DNA from: Squalus acanthias
Lineage: Eukaryota
Direction of reading: 5' to 3'
DNA: 64,000 bases
Assembly (NCBI GenBank): GCA_030390025.1
Contig: CM059432.1
Coordinates: forward strand, 131,132,001-131,196,000
The notes under the pieces are model-generated. The model saw only the letters and a program-made list of their open reading frames with translations. It made no database searches and was not told where the DNA came from. A program made the translations under genes and the position numbers. Positions 1-12,416 of the stretch are shown here, piece after piece; the stretch's first letter is position 1, and every line of letters starts with the position of its first letter.

Positions 1-644
1 ATTATCTCCTGCTTCAAATATGTTTCCAATTTTCCCTTAAAAGGTGCAATGATGTCTGCCTCAACCACTGGCTGTGGCAAAACATTCCATGCTCCAGAAA
101 CGTTCTGCATAAAGAAATTTCTCCTCACTCTTAGTTACAATTTTAAACTGATGACCCTTTGTCAATGATTTCTCAATCAGGGTAAATAGTCTTTCCCTAT
201 ACACTCTATTAAAGCCCTTCAGAATTTTAAAATTATCTATTAAACCTGCACAGTGAATGCTTTAACAACCAATCAACTGGTTTCCCACTGGCAAAGTGCA
301 GACAAAGAGTTCTGTGAGGTATTGTGGCAAAAGGTCATAAAAGAGGAAGGCTAAGCTGGGAAGGAGAAATAACAAGGAATAGGAAATCGACGAGGGGAGA
401 GGAGGTAACCGTAAAAGGAAGAGGGAAATGGTGGGAGCAACAATGAGGGGAGGGGGAGAAGCAAAGGGAAATAGTGAGAGAAGACACGGGACAACCAGGC
501 AGGAAGAGCAAGAAGAAAAGAGGAAAAGGGTGATGTCCATGCATATATCCTTCCAGCAGGTGTTGCTGGATAGTGATCAGGAGTGGGAACTCCAGCTCAC
601 ATTTCATTCACTAATACAGAGGTGCTAAGACCAATTGTAGCTCT

Positions 645-755
645 CTTATTGTCCTGACTGAGATCAGTGAAACAAACACAGAATGAGGTTGGATCCTGGG
701 ACCTTGGCCTGTATGGCTCAGCTACACACTAGATGAAGTTGCTGACCCATTAGGG
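645..755 (-). mobile_element. Degenerate tRNA-derived SINE head, LF-SINE-like
   Basis: CTGAGATCAG...CACAGA...GATCCTGGGACCT...CTGTATGGCTCAG resembles the reverse complement of the LF-SINE head (from memory, not searched). Confidence 0.4.
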
Positions 756-950
756 GAACTAATGCTATCAAGTTAGCGCCATAATGGTCAGGCAATCTCC
801 CCCACCCAATTTTCTTTAAGAACCTCATTATGGCATATAACTCAATTACTTCACTCGTAATAAACAGCAGTCAAGTACTTTAAAAAATGTCTAGTTCCCT
901 TTGTAAAAATTGTACTGAAATTTGAAGGAAAAAAATGATTTTTTTTCTAG

Positions 951-1037
951 GTAAATCTGGAAGTGGTACAGAAGTTGATTCTAAAAGGAGCTAAAGTTAA
1001 CACTACAGACAAGCATGGACAAACATTGCTTCATGAG
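951..1037 (+). CDS. Host gene exon A, ankyrin-repeat protein (TRPA/pyrexia-like candidate): VNLEVVQKLILKGAKVNTTDKHGQTLLHE
   Basis: Acceptor TTTTTTCTAG ends at 950 and donor GTATAT starts at 1038. 87 nt, phase 0/0. Ankyrin consensus GAxVNxxDxxGxTxLH. Joins exon B in frame. Confidence 0.85.
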
Positions 1038-2475
1038 GTATATATAGATATTCATTTTTTAAAGAAAGTATAGTAATGAGTTTTTGATAATAGAAGGATA
1101 TTGGACTTCAAATTTTATTGGGGTGCATTTACACTATATGGGGTAAATTTCCTGAGCTCCAATGCCACAGCTGGGCCTCTCATGCAGCTGGTGTGGATTG
1201 GAAAATTGCAGGTGCATGGCCCTGTTTTACCTCTATTAATTTCAGTAGATGGAAAATGGGGGCAGTATGTCAGCGATTTTTGATCCCACTGAATGTGAAG
1301 TCCAGCTGGTGGCGCATCATCCCTATAACTGTTGCACTGGTGCAAAGTAGTTTTGCTTTGCACTGATACTAACATTTTCTAGTGCAAATACAGATTTAGG
1401 GCTAGACCTGATTCCAGGCCAGGAGTCTGGATTTAGAGAAACTACTTTGCATCAACACCACCATTGTATTGTAAATGCATCCTTGTAGATGTGTGTGTAT
1501 TTATTTAAATCTTTTTTAATTGGTGCAGGCTATTGCAACTAATTGTTGTAGTGTATGTATAGCTGAGACTGATTGCAGCCATAATATCTTAGATGTACCA
1601 TGAAGAGTTAGAAAAATATTAACATTTTGTTTAGCTTAATTTTGGTCAGCTTCATATCCAGGTTTTAGCATGATCCAACAGCTCTAACATTTGAAAGAAA
1701 TTTTTTGTATCTTTTCTAAGTTAGTGTTTGACTAGAAAATTCAAGTTGATATTCCAGGAATTATGAACTTGAGGACTGCTAAAACATTGCACGTTGGGGG
1801 AGACTCTCTGTTTCGCTGTTCTTGGTGCATGCCAGAAACACCCATCGCAAAATTGCATGCCTCATGATTTTCCTTCCATTAAAATTGATGGACTGAAAAT
1901 CATTGGCTGAAGATGTGGAATTTCCTGATATGTGCTTTAGGTGTCTGCCTGGTGTGCAGAAGCAGAATAGCTCCCATCTATCTATATCATGAAAATGCTA
2001 TGGTTAGTGTGTGATTTCGCCACTCTTACTTTAACAACTCAGCATCACACTTACTGTTTGCAATCTCCTTACAATCAAATTATCGCAGTGTAAGTTTGCT
2101 CATATTTAAATTCTTCCAGTTAAATTATTTGAGCTCAGTGAAAATCTTCTAGCTATTTTATGTGCAAATTTATTAATTGATTCAGATTTATTGTAATTCA
2201 GTTATATACAAATTACTTAGAAAAGGCGCAGCTATCAAATTGCTCCAACCACGATGAAAATATTTTCTTTGCCATTTTTCCCCTCAGCCAGCAACCAACT
2301 TATAATAGGTATGAAATATAAAAAATACATCTTTCACAATAACATGACTAAACTTACCTATAAGCTTGTCTTTTGTGTCTTTAAATATCTTCATTAATGT
2401 ATATAGTTGATGGACTCAGCCTCTCTGAGGAGCTTGGGCTTGTAGTTGCTATGTTTTCCAGAACCATCACTCTAT

Positions 2476-2620
2476 GGGGTAGATCTTGACTTTGTGCGAT
2501 AGTGTAAAAAGGGTAATAGTGAGTCAACAGCCCATTTTACATCTCTTCTGATTTTTATTTCCATTGAAGTCAATAGGCAACACCTGATTTACACTATCAC
2601 ACAAAGTCAAGATCTACCCC
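2476..2620. mobile_element. 145-bp foldback MITE (Harbinger-type)
   Basis: 33-bp TIR GGGGTAGATCTTGACTTTGTGCGATAGTGTAAA with 1 mismatch. 3-bp TSD TAT. Confidence 0.85.
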
Positions 2621-3416
2621 TATGTCTGTTATTCCATAGATGGGCTAAAACTAGGCCGTTCCCTAGTTGGCCTAGTTATAGCACATGAAGAAATTCCAGG
2701 CATGTATCAGTATTAACCTCTTATTGCATCAGGTGTAACAGGATTTCTGAGTTCCTTTGTTTTTCCAAATGATTTGAAATCCAGCTGGGGAATTAATTTT
2801 AGCAGCTTTATTTAGGTAGTTTCACATTAAAAAATTAAGCGTTTCTTTTTTTTGAGAGAACCGAGCTGTGAGTGACACAGAGCAAGAGAGTCAGATGGAG
2901 GAATCACATACCTATGCTTGCTTCGTTTACGTTTAGAATTCAAAACAATCATTTATTACAGAAGTGGGCGAATCTTTATGAGATCCTGCATCACCGGTGA
3001 CACCTTGCATGCTTTGGCTGGCTTATCAGTAAATCATGGGCACTGCATTCGTGGGCTTCCAATGGGCTGCCCATGCAAGGCCCTGCTGTGGGGTCAGGGT
3101 CTTGGAAATGTTGTCCTTACCTGAGTAAAGCTTTTGAATTTTTTTCTCTAGTATTTCTTCAAATAATTCTGAACAAGAACCAAATAGATACCATTGGAGG
3201 CTAAAGAGAAGCATAGTACAGTTGGACTGATAAACTGCTACTGATGCCGATAAGAAATTGAGTACACTGCACATGCTCAGACTGTAGGATATGCTTTCAC
3301 GTAAATGAGTCATAGCTCTGGGTAAAATTATCGAGTCCAAATTTAGGTTTTTGAGGGAGTCTGATGCTTTCAAGTAAAAACCTGAATGAAATGATGAAAG
3401 GCATAAAAGATACATT

Positions 3417-5183
3417 GGCCGGAATTTTCCGGGGTGGTAGCGGGCGCCATCGTTGGCAGGTCGGGTGGGAAAGTTGTTATTTTTGACAGCGGGTTGGGAA
3501 CCCGCTGTCATCTCACTCCCACACGCCTTTCCCCCAGGAAACCTGACCAGCAGCGGCAGGCGACCCAATTGAATATTATCAGGTAGTTTACACACACTTA
3601 AGAGCCTTTTTCCCCTACATTTTAAATTTCCCTACATGGCCACGGGATTCACGCAGCTCGGGAACTACGTCTGTCAACCTGAGGCGGGAGTTCCATGGCC
3701 ATTGCTCCAGCTAATTACTTGACAGCATCAAATGCACAATAAAAGCTCCCACCTGACAGATGATCACTTTCCTCAGGCAGAAGCTGTTGCTCAGTCCATT
3801 TCCAGCACAGATTCCGCAGGCTGCAAGTGTTTCCAGCAAAGTCTCCATCCAGTGTCACCTCATTGGAAGAACTCTCTCACCATTGACAGAATGCTTCTGT
3901 TATCTATACTTCACCTGCCATCAACATGGGTGCCGTTTATACTGTCTCACCTCGGTCCTCAGAATCGGACCACGATGAGCCCCAACACCAGCAGCACCAG
4001 GCACACCAGCAGCACCAACAACAACACCGACCTTCTCTGCAATCACCTGGTGCTGCACAGGTCAGAGGGCATCAGCACCCGAGCACATTGCTGCCCGGGA
4101 GGCCAGGGAGGGCCTCATCATGGCCAGATTTAGTTAACTTTACGCTGTACACCCACGCTGTACACCCATATGGCTGCCACATGATGCGCCAGGTTGGCAC
4201 CACCCCACACCAACGCCATAAAGCATCCCTACAATGACCAAGCCATTCCTTTCACACTCATCGCCATTGCGGGCGGTACCGCTATGTCTCACCATTCTCT
4301 GCAACTCACTACGCCAGTTCCAAAGGTGCACACAAATCTGTCCAAGAACACAAAGTGTTGAAAATAAAGATTTTTATGTTTGACACCACATTAACAGAAA
4401 CGTTACATAAACATTGGATAAAACACCAAGTGGCTACCCTTGTGTGTTGTTAGTTGGAATGATTGCACTAGGATGAGGGCAAGTGTGAGGGGTGGCTAGT
4501 GAAATGGGGATGTGACAATGTAGATAGAGAGAGAGGGATGGGTGGAGGTGCAAGGTATGTTGGTGTGAGTAAGGATGTTCAGGAGTAGGATAAGGAAGTA
4601 GGGTAGGGAAGGCAGAGTGATGGGGATGTGATGAGAGGCACAGCAGGATGAAGTTGAGTGTGGCTTTGTACTAACGTTTCCTGATCTAATGAGATCATTG
4701 AAGCGTTTGCGGAACTGCACCCAGGTCCTCCTGACCACATCCCTTCTTGTGACCTCCTCTGCAATCTGCAACCAGGCTGTTTTGGTCTCCTGGGAAAGTC
4801 TCTTCCACCCATCGGAAGGGAAGAGGACTTATATGCTTATGGAGGGAGTCATCGGAAAACCTGGGTGCAGCCCTCTGCCTCTGTGTAGTTAGTGTCAGTG
4901 TTTGCAGCACTTCAATGCTGTAGTACACTGACAGCACTATGTTAGATTAAATTTCAAATCTAATGTGGCCATGGTCCCTTTAAAGATCCCAGCTGAAAAC
5001 ACGTCATGAATGATGTCACCAGACCCTCTCCATCTAATTGGGCCGGGTAACACGCTGGGTGGGCTTAATAGGCCATCTTAAGGTAAGTTCATTTTCAACA
5101 GCGGAATGGAGCCAGCAGTGGGGTCACGACCCACCACGGGCTCCGCCCGCACCGGACCCGCCCAGGTAAGCAAAATTCCGGCC
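3417..5183. mobile_element. Internally deleted PIF/Harbinger element
   Basis: TIR GGCCGGAATTTT / AAAATTCCGGCC, TSD ATT. + strand transposase N-terminus at 3926 (MGAVYTVS..., Q-rich) is homologous to the 55634 ORF start. - strand Myb/SANT remnant (RRTWVQFRKRFNDLIRSG) at about 4675-4900. Confidence 0.85.
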
Positions 5184-5229
5184 ATTGTCATTTAATCATG
5201 TTAAACTACAAAGTTCTCTAATGTCCACT

Positions 5230-5500
5230 AGGGAAGGAAGCCTATCATCCTTACCCGTTCTGGCCTATGTGTGATTCCAGTCCTACACCAAAATAGTTGA
5301 CTCTTAACTGTTCTTGAAGTGGCCTAGCAAGCCACTCAATTGTATCAAGCTACTACCTAACAGCATTGTGGGAGCACCTTTTCCACACAGACTGCTGAGG
5401 TTCAAGAAGAAGGCCAACCACCATCTTCTCAGGGCAACTAGAGATGAGCAATAAATGCCAACCTTGCCAGTGACACCCACATTTCAAGAATGAAAAAAAG
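5230..5500 (+). mobile_element. SINE/LINE 3' fragment
   Basis: 3' end (TTCAAGAAG...CACCATCTTCTCAGGGCAACTAG...AATAAATGC) is shared with the LINEs ending near 21770 and 63010. A-rich tail. Confidence 0.55.
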
Positions 5501-5803
5501 AAGTTCCAGTTTTTGTTTATGTTTGAATTATAAATCATCTATTTTTCTAGGGAAAATTATATGAACATACGAAATTGACGGGCAGGAAAAGACCAGCTGG
5601 TCCATCAAGCCTGCCCCACACCATGATGGCCGGAGCATCATGACTAAATATTTTCTCCCCTTTCCCCACCCTATTCCCCCACAGTCATGTAATTTCCTGG
5701 AAGAGGCAAAAAAACAAACAAAAACCCAGGGTCAATAAGGGAAAAATATTCAGAAAAATTCCTCTCTGATCGAAACCAGTCCAGGAAATTGCAAACAGCT
5801 TAA

Positions 5804-6698
5804 GGGGTAAAAATTCAGTTGGTTGCGCCTCCCGTTAGCGCCTTAAGAGAGCGCTAATGGGGCGCAAAGCCGCTAACGCCCGGGCGCAGCGATGTTTGCG
5901 CCGCTCGGGAACTTAACTAGAGATTGTGCGGCGGCGCTAAACTTTACCGCTGCGACCACCTGCGCGCGCAGATTGTGACGTCATTCCATGGTGCAACGCC
6001 CTTGTGGCGCCCCGGAGCGGAAATTGAGTGGCGCCCCCTGCCTTACCGCCTGGCGCATCCAACGACCAGAAGACTGGAACGCTATCAATCGCTGTGGGGC
6101 TGGGGGGGGGGCGCTATTTAAAGGGGGCCTCTTCCTGTCTTTTATTGTTGGTGGCATTTTTGAACTACGCATTCTGAGAGAGAGAGGGAGAGACTTCTGG
6201 AGAGATTCAACGTTGTGTGAAGGAGTTTTGGGTACTGAGCAGCACTTTGCAGGTTCATTTTGATTTGCCATTCCTTGTATCGATTTAGCAGAGACTGTGG
6301 GAGCTGCACTCTGAGCTCTTTGCCTGGTACTCTCCATTGTTCTTTCCAGCACATTTGATGTGCAAGTCTCTCCAGGCCGAGATTCAAGGCTGCAATGAAC
6401 AGGATGTGGATGGAAAGCAAGATTAACCATCCCCTTTAAGAACTGGCCCGTGCCATTGTGTGTGTGTTCCATTGCTGACTGACATTACATGAGCTTCGCC
6501 AGCGCTCTGAGTTAGCGCCTCACTCCTTGGCCTTTGCGCCTTAAGACAGGTGTGCAGCGCCTGATTTAGCGCTCCACTCACCTCCCGGGGCGATAAAAGT
6601 GAAGTTTCCAGTCAGTGCCGATAATTAGCGCCAGGCGCTAATATTTGCGTCCAGACGATATTTGCGCCCCAAATGGGGCGCGACCTAATTTTTCCCCC
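5804..6698 (+). mobile_element. Harbinger MITE copy 1, related to the 12237-18957 family, inserted in an old - strand CR1 fragment
   Basis: GGGGTAAAAATTC...AATTTTTCCCCC termini and TSD TAA. Both ends match the 12237 element. Near-identical inverted copy at 10932. Confidence 0.9.
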
Positions 6699-7084
6699 TA
6701 AGTGCCTCAATTAGACCACCCCTTAATCGTCTATACTCAAGGGAACACAAGCCTAGACTATGCAACCTGTCCTCATAATTTACCCCTTTTTGCCCTGGTA
6801 TCATTCTGGTGAAACTGCGCTGCACCCTTCCATGACCAATATATCCTAGCTGAGGTGCTTTGAAAATGGTTGGCGATTAAAAATGAATAGGTTAAAATAA
6901 CATGGAAAATAAAGGCTACTTATTTATGTTTGTAACAGAATAATGGAATTCAATCTCCAAAGCACCAGTAAAAATCCCAGAAGGGCATTTAAATGCCACC
7001 AAAGAACCCGAGTAAAACTGAAGCCATTTGCAGCCAAAGGGAAAATCATCCAGTAGCAGGAGTCATGCCTGACAAAAAGAAAGA

Positions 7085-7873
7085 TGATTTTTGGTTATTG
7101 GAGGCCAATCATTCAAGTTTCAGGACATCGCTACAGGAGTTCCTCAGGGAGGTGCCTAGCCAACTTCAGTTGCTTCATCAATGACATTCCCTCTGTGATA
7201 AGGTGAAGAGTAAGGCTGTTCGCTGACAATTCCAGTGTTCACCTCCTCTGATAAGGCAGCAGCACACACCAGCCTACAGCAAGACCTGGATAACATCCAG
7301 CTTTGGGCTAACAAGTGTCAGGTAGCATTCATGCCACATAAGTGCCAGGCAATGAGCATCTCAAACAAGACAAAGCCCAGTAATCTGACCTTCAAAGGCA
7401 CAACCACAGCAGAGACCCCCACCATCAACATTTTAGGGTCACCATTGATTAGAAGCTTAATTGGACCAGCCATATTAACATTGTGGCTATAAGAGCAGGG
7501 CAGAGGCTGCGTACCCTGCGATGAGTGGCTCACTTCCTGATCCCTCAAAGCCTCTCTACCAGCTGCAAGGCTCAAGTCAGGAGTGTGATAGAATACTCAC
7601 CACTTGTCTGGCTGAGTGTAACTGCAACTATGCTTGAAGCTCGACACCATCCAGGACAGAGCAGATTGCTTGATTGGCGCCCCTGCCACTGTACTCAAAA
7701 TCCACCCACTGCATCACTGGCGCATTGTGGCTGCAGTATATACAGTCTATAGAATGCACTGCAGTAGCTCATCATGATTACTTTGACAGCACTTTCCAGC
7801 CCTGTGACCTCTACTACTGAGAAAGACAAGAGCAGCAATGTCATGGGAATACCATCACTTACAAGTTTCCCTC
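7085..7873 (+). mobile_element. CR1-group LINE (family 2) RT fragment, 5' part; resumes at 21541-21770
   Basis: LQQDLDNIQLWANK...KAQVRSVIEYSPLVW is homologous to ORF 63074..63727. Interrupted at TTCCCTC. Confidence 0.8.
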
Positions 7874-7874
7874 G

Positions 7875-8220
7875 GCGGCGGCAGCATTGGAGGAGGTGGC
7901 AAGATTTAAACAGCGAGAGGAGAGGCAGTGCGGACCTAAGCGGCGGCAGCATCGGAGGAGGTGGCAAGATTTAAACAGCGAGAGGAGAGGCGGTGTGGAC
8001 CTAAGCGGCGGCAGCATTGGAGGAGGTGGCAAGATTTAAACAGTGAGAGGAGAGGCAGTGTGGACCTAAGCGGCGGCAGCATTGGAGGAGGTGGCAAGAT
8101 TTAAACAGCGAGAGGAGAGGCGGTGTGGACCTAAGCGGCGGCAGCATTGGAGGAGGTGGCAAGATTTAAACAGCGAGAGGAGAGGCGGTGTGGACCTAAG
8201 CGGCGGCAGCATTGGAGGCG
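7875..8220 (+). repeat. 65-bp tandem array (about 5.3 copies) at the CR1 5' end
   Basis: Unit GCGGCGGCAGCATTGGAGGAGGTGGCAAGATTTAAACAGCGAGAGGAGAGGCGGTGTGGACCTAA starts at 7875, 7940, 8005, 8070, 8135 and 8200. Confidence 0.95.
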
Positions 8221-8460
8221 GCACCTCCGACGACTTCAACAACAACAAAAACCAAGGAGTGACATCACAGGACAGCAGGTAGGTGATTGGTTGGTGAGTA
8301 TTTTCTCTCTAAGCTAGGACAGTGGTTTAAACTAGGAGCGGGAAACTATACTGCACTTTATTAAATTTATAAATTAACTAAACTAATTAATATAACTATA
8401 AATAGTCATTGAATAAAGACTTTAACTAATTAAATAAATAAAATAAGGTTAGACTAAGAC

Positions 8461-9422
8461 ATGGCAGAGCAGGTTGTGTGTCTGGAACGCAGAATGTGGG
8501 AGTTTGTGGACGGCAAGACTGTCCCGCGCAAACACGTCTGCAGTAGAGATGTCTCTGTCTCGAATCTCTCCGGCTCAGAGTCATTGAGCTGGAGTGTGAG
8601 TTGGAGACACTCCGACATATAAGGGAGGGGGAGGAGTATCTGGACAGTTTGCACCAGACTTTAGGGTCACCTCGTAGAGAGGTGCAGGATCAGAATGGGG
8701 TTGGTGTGACCGCTAGTGTGCTGAGTAAGGGGAACCCAGGTAAGAAAGGGAACAAGGATCCACAGAAACTGATCCTATCCAACAGGCACAATGTACTTGC
8801 TACTTGTGAGGATAAGGATAAAGACTGTCAGAAGGACAGCCAGAATGTGGACCATGGCACTTTGGAGCAGGAGGCTGTCCTAAGCGGAGAGGAGGAGGAG
8901 GAGAGGAAGCGTAATGTGGTAGTTGTAGGGGATTCTATAATTAGGGGGGCAGATAGCATCCTTTGTAAGCAAGATCGAGAGTCCCACATGGTATGTGGCC
9001 TACCTGGTGCCAGGGTGAGGGACATCTTGAACCAGCTTAAAAGGATTTTGGAGCGGGAGGGGGAGGATCCAGCCATTGTGGTCCATGTTGGGACCAACAA
9101 CATAGGGAAGAGTAGGCAAGAGGTCCTGTTTGGGGAATACCAGGAACTAGGAGCTAAATTAAAGAACAGGACCTCAAGGGTTATAATCTCTGGATTATTA
9201 CCTGAGCCATGTGCAAATTGGCGTAGAGATAAGCTGATTAGGGAAGTAAACACATGTCTAAAGGAGTGGTGTGGGAAAGAGGGGTTCCATTTCATGGGGC
9301 ACAGGCACCAGTATTGGGACAGGAAGGGACTGTACTGTTGGGACGGGCTCCACTGGAACCGGTCTGGGACCAGGGTCCTGGCAGAAAGGATAAATAGGGT
9401 GGTCACAAGGACTTTAAACTAG
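8461..9422 (+). pseudogene. CR1 ORF1 (zinc finger/leucine zipper plus SGNH-type esterase), frameshifted near 8545
   Basis: ATG at 8461, then HVCSR(C)...LRVIELECELETL, VVVVGDSIIR, HVGTNN, DGLH. These motifs are typical of CR1 ORF1 esterase domains. Confidence 0.85.
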
Positions 9423-9467
9423 TAAATGGGGGGGCGGTGGGGGGGGAGGAATTGCAGTAAAAATAGT

Positions 9468-10210
9468 GGACCAAAAATTAGTGAGGGCGCCTTTGTGCGA
9501 GGGTAAGGCTTCCCCGCGATCTCTCACTGCGCGCTGGCTTTTTCATTCCCAGCTCGCACGAACTTGATGTTCTGGACAGCAGCTGTGCTGGGCTTCCGTA
9601 TCCCACAGGCGCAGTTAATTCGTGCGAGCTGTGGGATCACGTGACTCAGTTAGAGCCAATGGCAGCACACCATCTTTCATTCATAGCTTTCACAAAAGTG
9701 CTGTGAAAGCTATGAATCTATACCCCCCCAAAAAAACAGCTAAACCTCAATTAAATTTTTTTTAAAAACCATCACATTAATAAAATAAGTATAGTTAAAT
9801 AAATTAACCATTTTAAACAAAAAATTAAATTTTTGAAAAAGTTTAAAATCTTTTAAAAAGTTATAAAAATAAACTTACCTTTCTTTAAAGTCTCTAAAAA
9901 AGATATACCTGTTGAAAAAAATTCAAAATAATACTTAATTAACTACTTACCTTGTTAAAAGAGGGTCTTACGCCTCCTTTCTTTATGTGCAAAATCTTCC
10001 ATACTTAGCTGCGCGTTCAAAGCACTAAGTGCACTGCGTGCGCGCAGCCTGTAGCGCGCACGCGGTTCACCTAGGAACCGCCCCCTTTTGAAATCACCAA
10101 GTGCCGGTTTTCAGCGCATGCGCAGTGCATGCAGAAAACCGGCAATTGGAGACAGAATACACGAGAGTACACAGTGCGTACTCTCGCGTAGCAACACTAA
10201 ATTTTGGGCC
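9468..10210. mobile_element. Hairpin-rich Harbinger-type MITE between CR1 ORF1 and ORF2
   Basis: TIR GGACCAAAAATTAGTG / CACTAAATTTTGGGCC. Imperfect 3-bp flanks AGT/ATT. AT-rich core. Same layout as 40220-40984. Confidence 0.7.
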
Positions 10211-10931
10211 ATTAGTTCAAAAACAAACGAAAAGGAAGAGGGTAGAGTAGAAGTCAGAAATTGTGCTTTAGGCACTACAGGTAAAAGGAAAACTAAAAGA
10301 TGTAAAGCAATTAAACAAGGAGAGAGAGATAAGAAACATGTGCGTAAAACATTAGAGCCGAAGGACAGGCTAGGGTGTGTGGCCCAAATAAGCGTTCTTT
10401 ATACAAACGCACGTTGTATAAGGAACAAATTGAATGAAGTGCACAAATTCAAATTGGAGGATATGACATAGTAGCCATTACTGAGACATGGCTGCAAGAC
10501 GGTCAGGACTAGGAACTAAATATACCAGGTTATAAGGTCTACAGGAAAGATAGGGGAAATGGCAGAGGGGGAGGAGTAGCCTTAGTGATTAAGGATGAAA
10601 TCACTTCAATGATAAGAGAGGATTTAAAGAGAGGTAAGCAGACAGTGGAGATCTTATGGGTTGAATTAAGAAATAGGAAAGGATCTAAGACTGTAGTGGG
10701 AGTTGTGTATTGGCCCCCTGGTAGCAGCTCTGAAGTGCTGAATTGTATAAATGCAGAGATTAGACAAGCGTGCAGTAAAGGCAGAGTGGTTTTAATGGGG
10801 CATTTTAACTTTCATATAGTTTGGGAAAAGCAGAATAGCACCTGTCAGAAAGGTAGTGAATTTCTTGAGTGTGTCCGGGATAGTTTTCTACAAAAATATG
10901 CCCTAGAGGCAACAAGGGGGCAAGGCATATT

Positions 10932-11825
10932 GGGGGGAAATATTCAGTCGCGCCCCGTTTGGGGTGCAAATATCGTCCGGGCGCAAAAATTAGCGCCTGG
11001 CGCTAATTATCGCCACTGACTGGAAACTTCACTTTTAACGCCCCGGGAGGTGATTGGAGCGCTAAATCAGGCGCTGCACACCTGTCTTAAGGCGCAAAGG
11101 CCGAGGAGTGAGGCGCTAACTCAGAGCGCTGGCGAAGCTCATGTAATGTCAGTCAGCTATGGAACACACACACAATGGCACGGGCCAGTTCTTAAAGGGG
11201 ATGGTTAATCTTGCTTTCCATCCACATCCTGTTCATTGCAGCCTTGAATCTCGGCCTGGAGAGACTTGCACATCAAATGTGCTGGAAAGAACAATGGAGA
11301 GTACCAGGCAAAGAGCTCAGAGTGCAGCCCCCACAGTCTCTGCTAAATCGATACAAGGAATGGCAAATCAAAATGAACCTGCAAAGTGCTGCTCAGTACC
11401 CAAAACTCCTTCACACAACGTTGAATCTCTCCAGAAGTCTCTCCCTCTCTCTCTCAGAATGCGTAGTTCAAAAATGGCACTAACAATAAAAGGCAGGAAG
11501 TGGTCACCTTTAAATAGCGCTCCCCCTTTCCCTTCATGACTGCAGAACGCTCCCCTCAACCTGTCGTTGCTAGCGTCAGGCGGTAAGGCAGGGGGCGCCA
11601 CTCAATATCCGCTCTGGGGCGATACCGGGGCGTTGCACACTCGACTGACGTCATGATCTGCCGGCGCAGGAGATCGTGGCGGTAGTGTTTAGCGCTGCCG
11701 CAAAATGTCTAGTTAATTTCACGAGCGGCGCAAACTTCGCTGCGCCTGGGCGCTAGATGCTTTGCGCCCCATTAGCGCCCTCTTAAGGCGCTAACGGGAG
11801 GCGCAACCAACTGAATTTTTCCCCC
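10932..11825 (-). mobile_element. Harbinger MITE copy 2 (inverted relative to 5804-6698)
   Basis: TSD ATT. Interrupts the CR1 endonuclease (QGI|LGLIMSNEPDLV). Shares the MEHTHNG... ORF with copy 1. Confidence 0.9.
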
Positions 11826-11870
11826 ATTAGGTTTAATAATGAGTAATGAGCCAGATTTAGTTAACAGCCT

Positions 11871-12147
11871 AACAACAACAACAACTTGTATTTATATAGC
11901 GCCTTTAACATAGTAAAACATCCCAAGGCACTTCACAGGAGTATTAAAAGACAAAACATTGGACACCGAGCCACATAAGGAGAAATTAAGGCAGGTGACC
12001 AAAAGCTTGGTCATAGAGGTAGGTTTTAAGGAGCATCAAAAAGGAGGAAAGAAAGGTAGCGAGGTGGAGAGGTTTAGGCAGGGAATTCCTGAGCTTAGGA
12101 CCTAGGCAACAGAAGGCACGGCCACCAATGGTTGAGCAATTATAATC
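11871..12147 (-). mobile_element. L2 LINE 3' fragment
   Basis: (TTG)n tail. - strand reads TIGGRAF...PKLRNSLP...LKTYLYDQAF, typical of the L2 ORF2 C-terminus. Confidence 0.8.
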
Positions 12148-12416
12148 AAGGTGCGTGAACATTTATCCAATAGCGATCATAACATGATTGAGTTCAACGT
12201 AGCGTTTGAAAGGAAGAAACACGAAACAGCTACTAAGGGGGAAAAATTCGGTTGTTTAGCGCCTCCCGTTAGCGCCCTAAGAGGGTGCTAATGGGGCGCA
12301 ATGCAACTAGCGCCCGGGCGCAGCGATGTTTGCGCCACTCGCGAAATTGACCAGAGTTTTTGCGGCGCCACTAAACTCAACCGCCCCGATCTCCTGCGCC
12401 TGCAGATCGTGACGTC

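Noticed and set aside
262..628. Hydrophobic and charged short ORFs
   Set aside because: Purine-rich low-complexity sequence with no splice or domain support.
5981..6472. 163-aa ORF duplicated at 11159..11539
   Set aside because: Duplicated only because the MITE is duplicated. It spans non-coding leader sequence and has no recognisable domain.
7875..8220. Regular repeats resembling a CRISPR array (also 45233-45560 and 18053-18220)
   Set aside because: Head-to-tail units with no unique spacers, no cas genes, and a vertebrate context.
8601..9422. Stand-alone host SGNH esterase gene
   Set aside because: It is CR1 ORF1, lying between the 5' array and ORF2.
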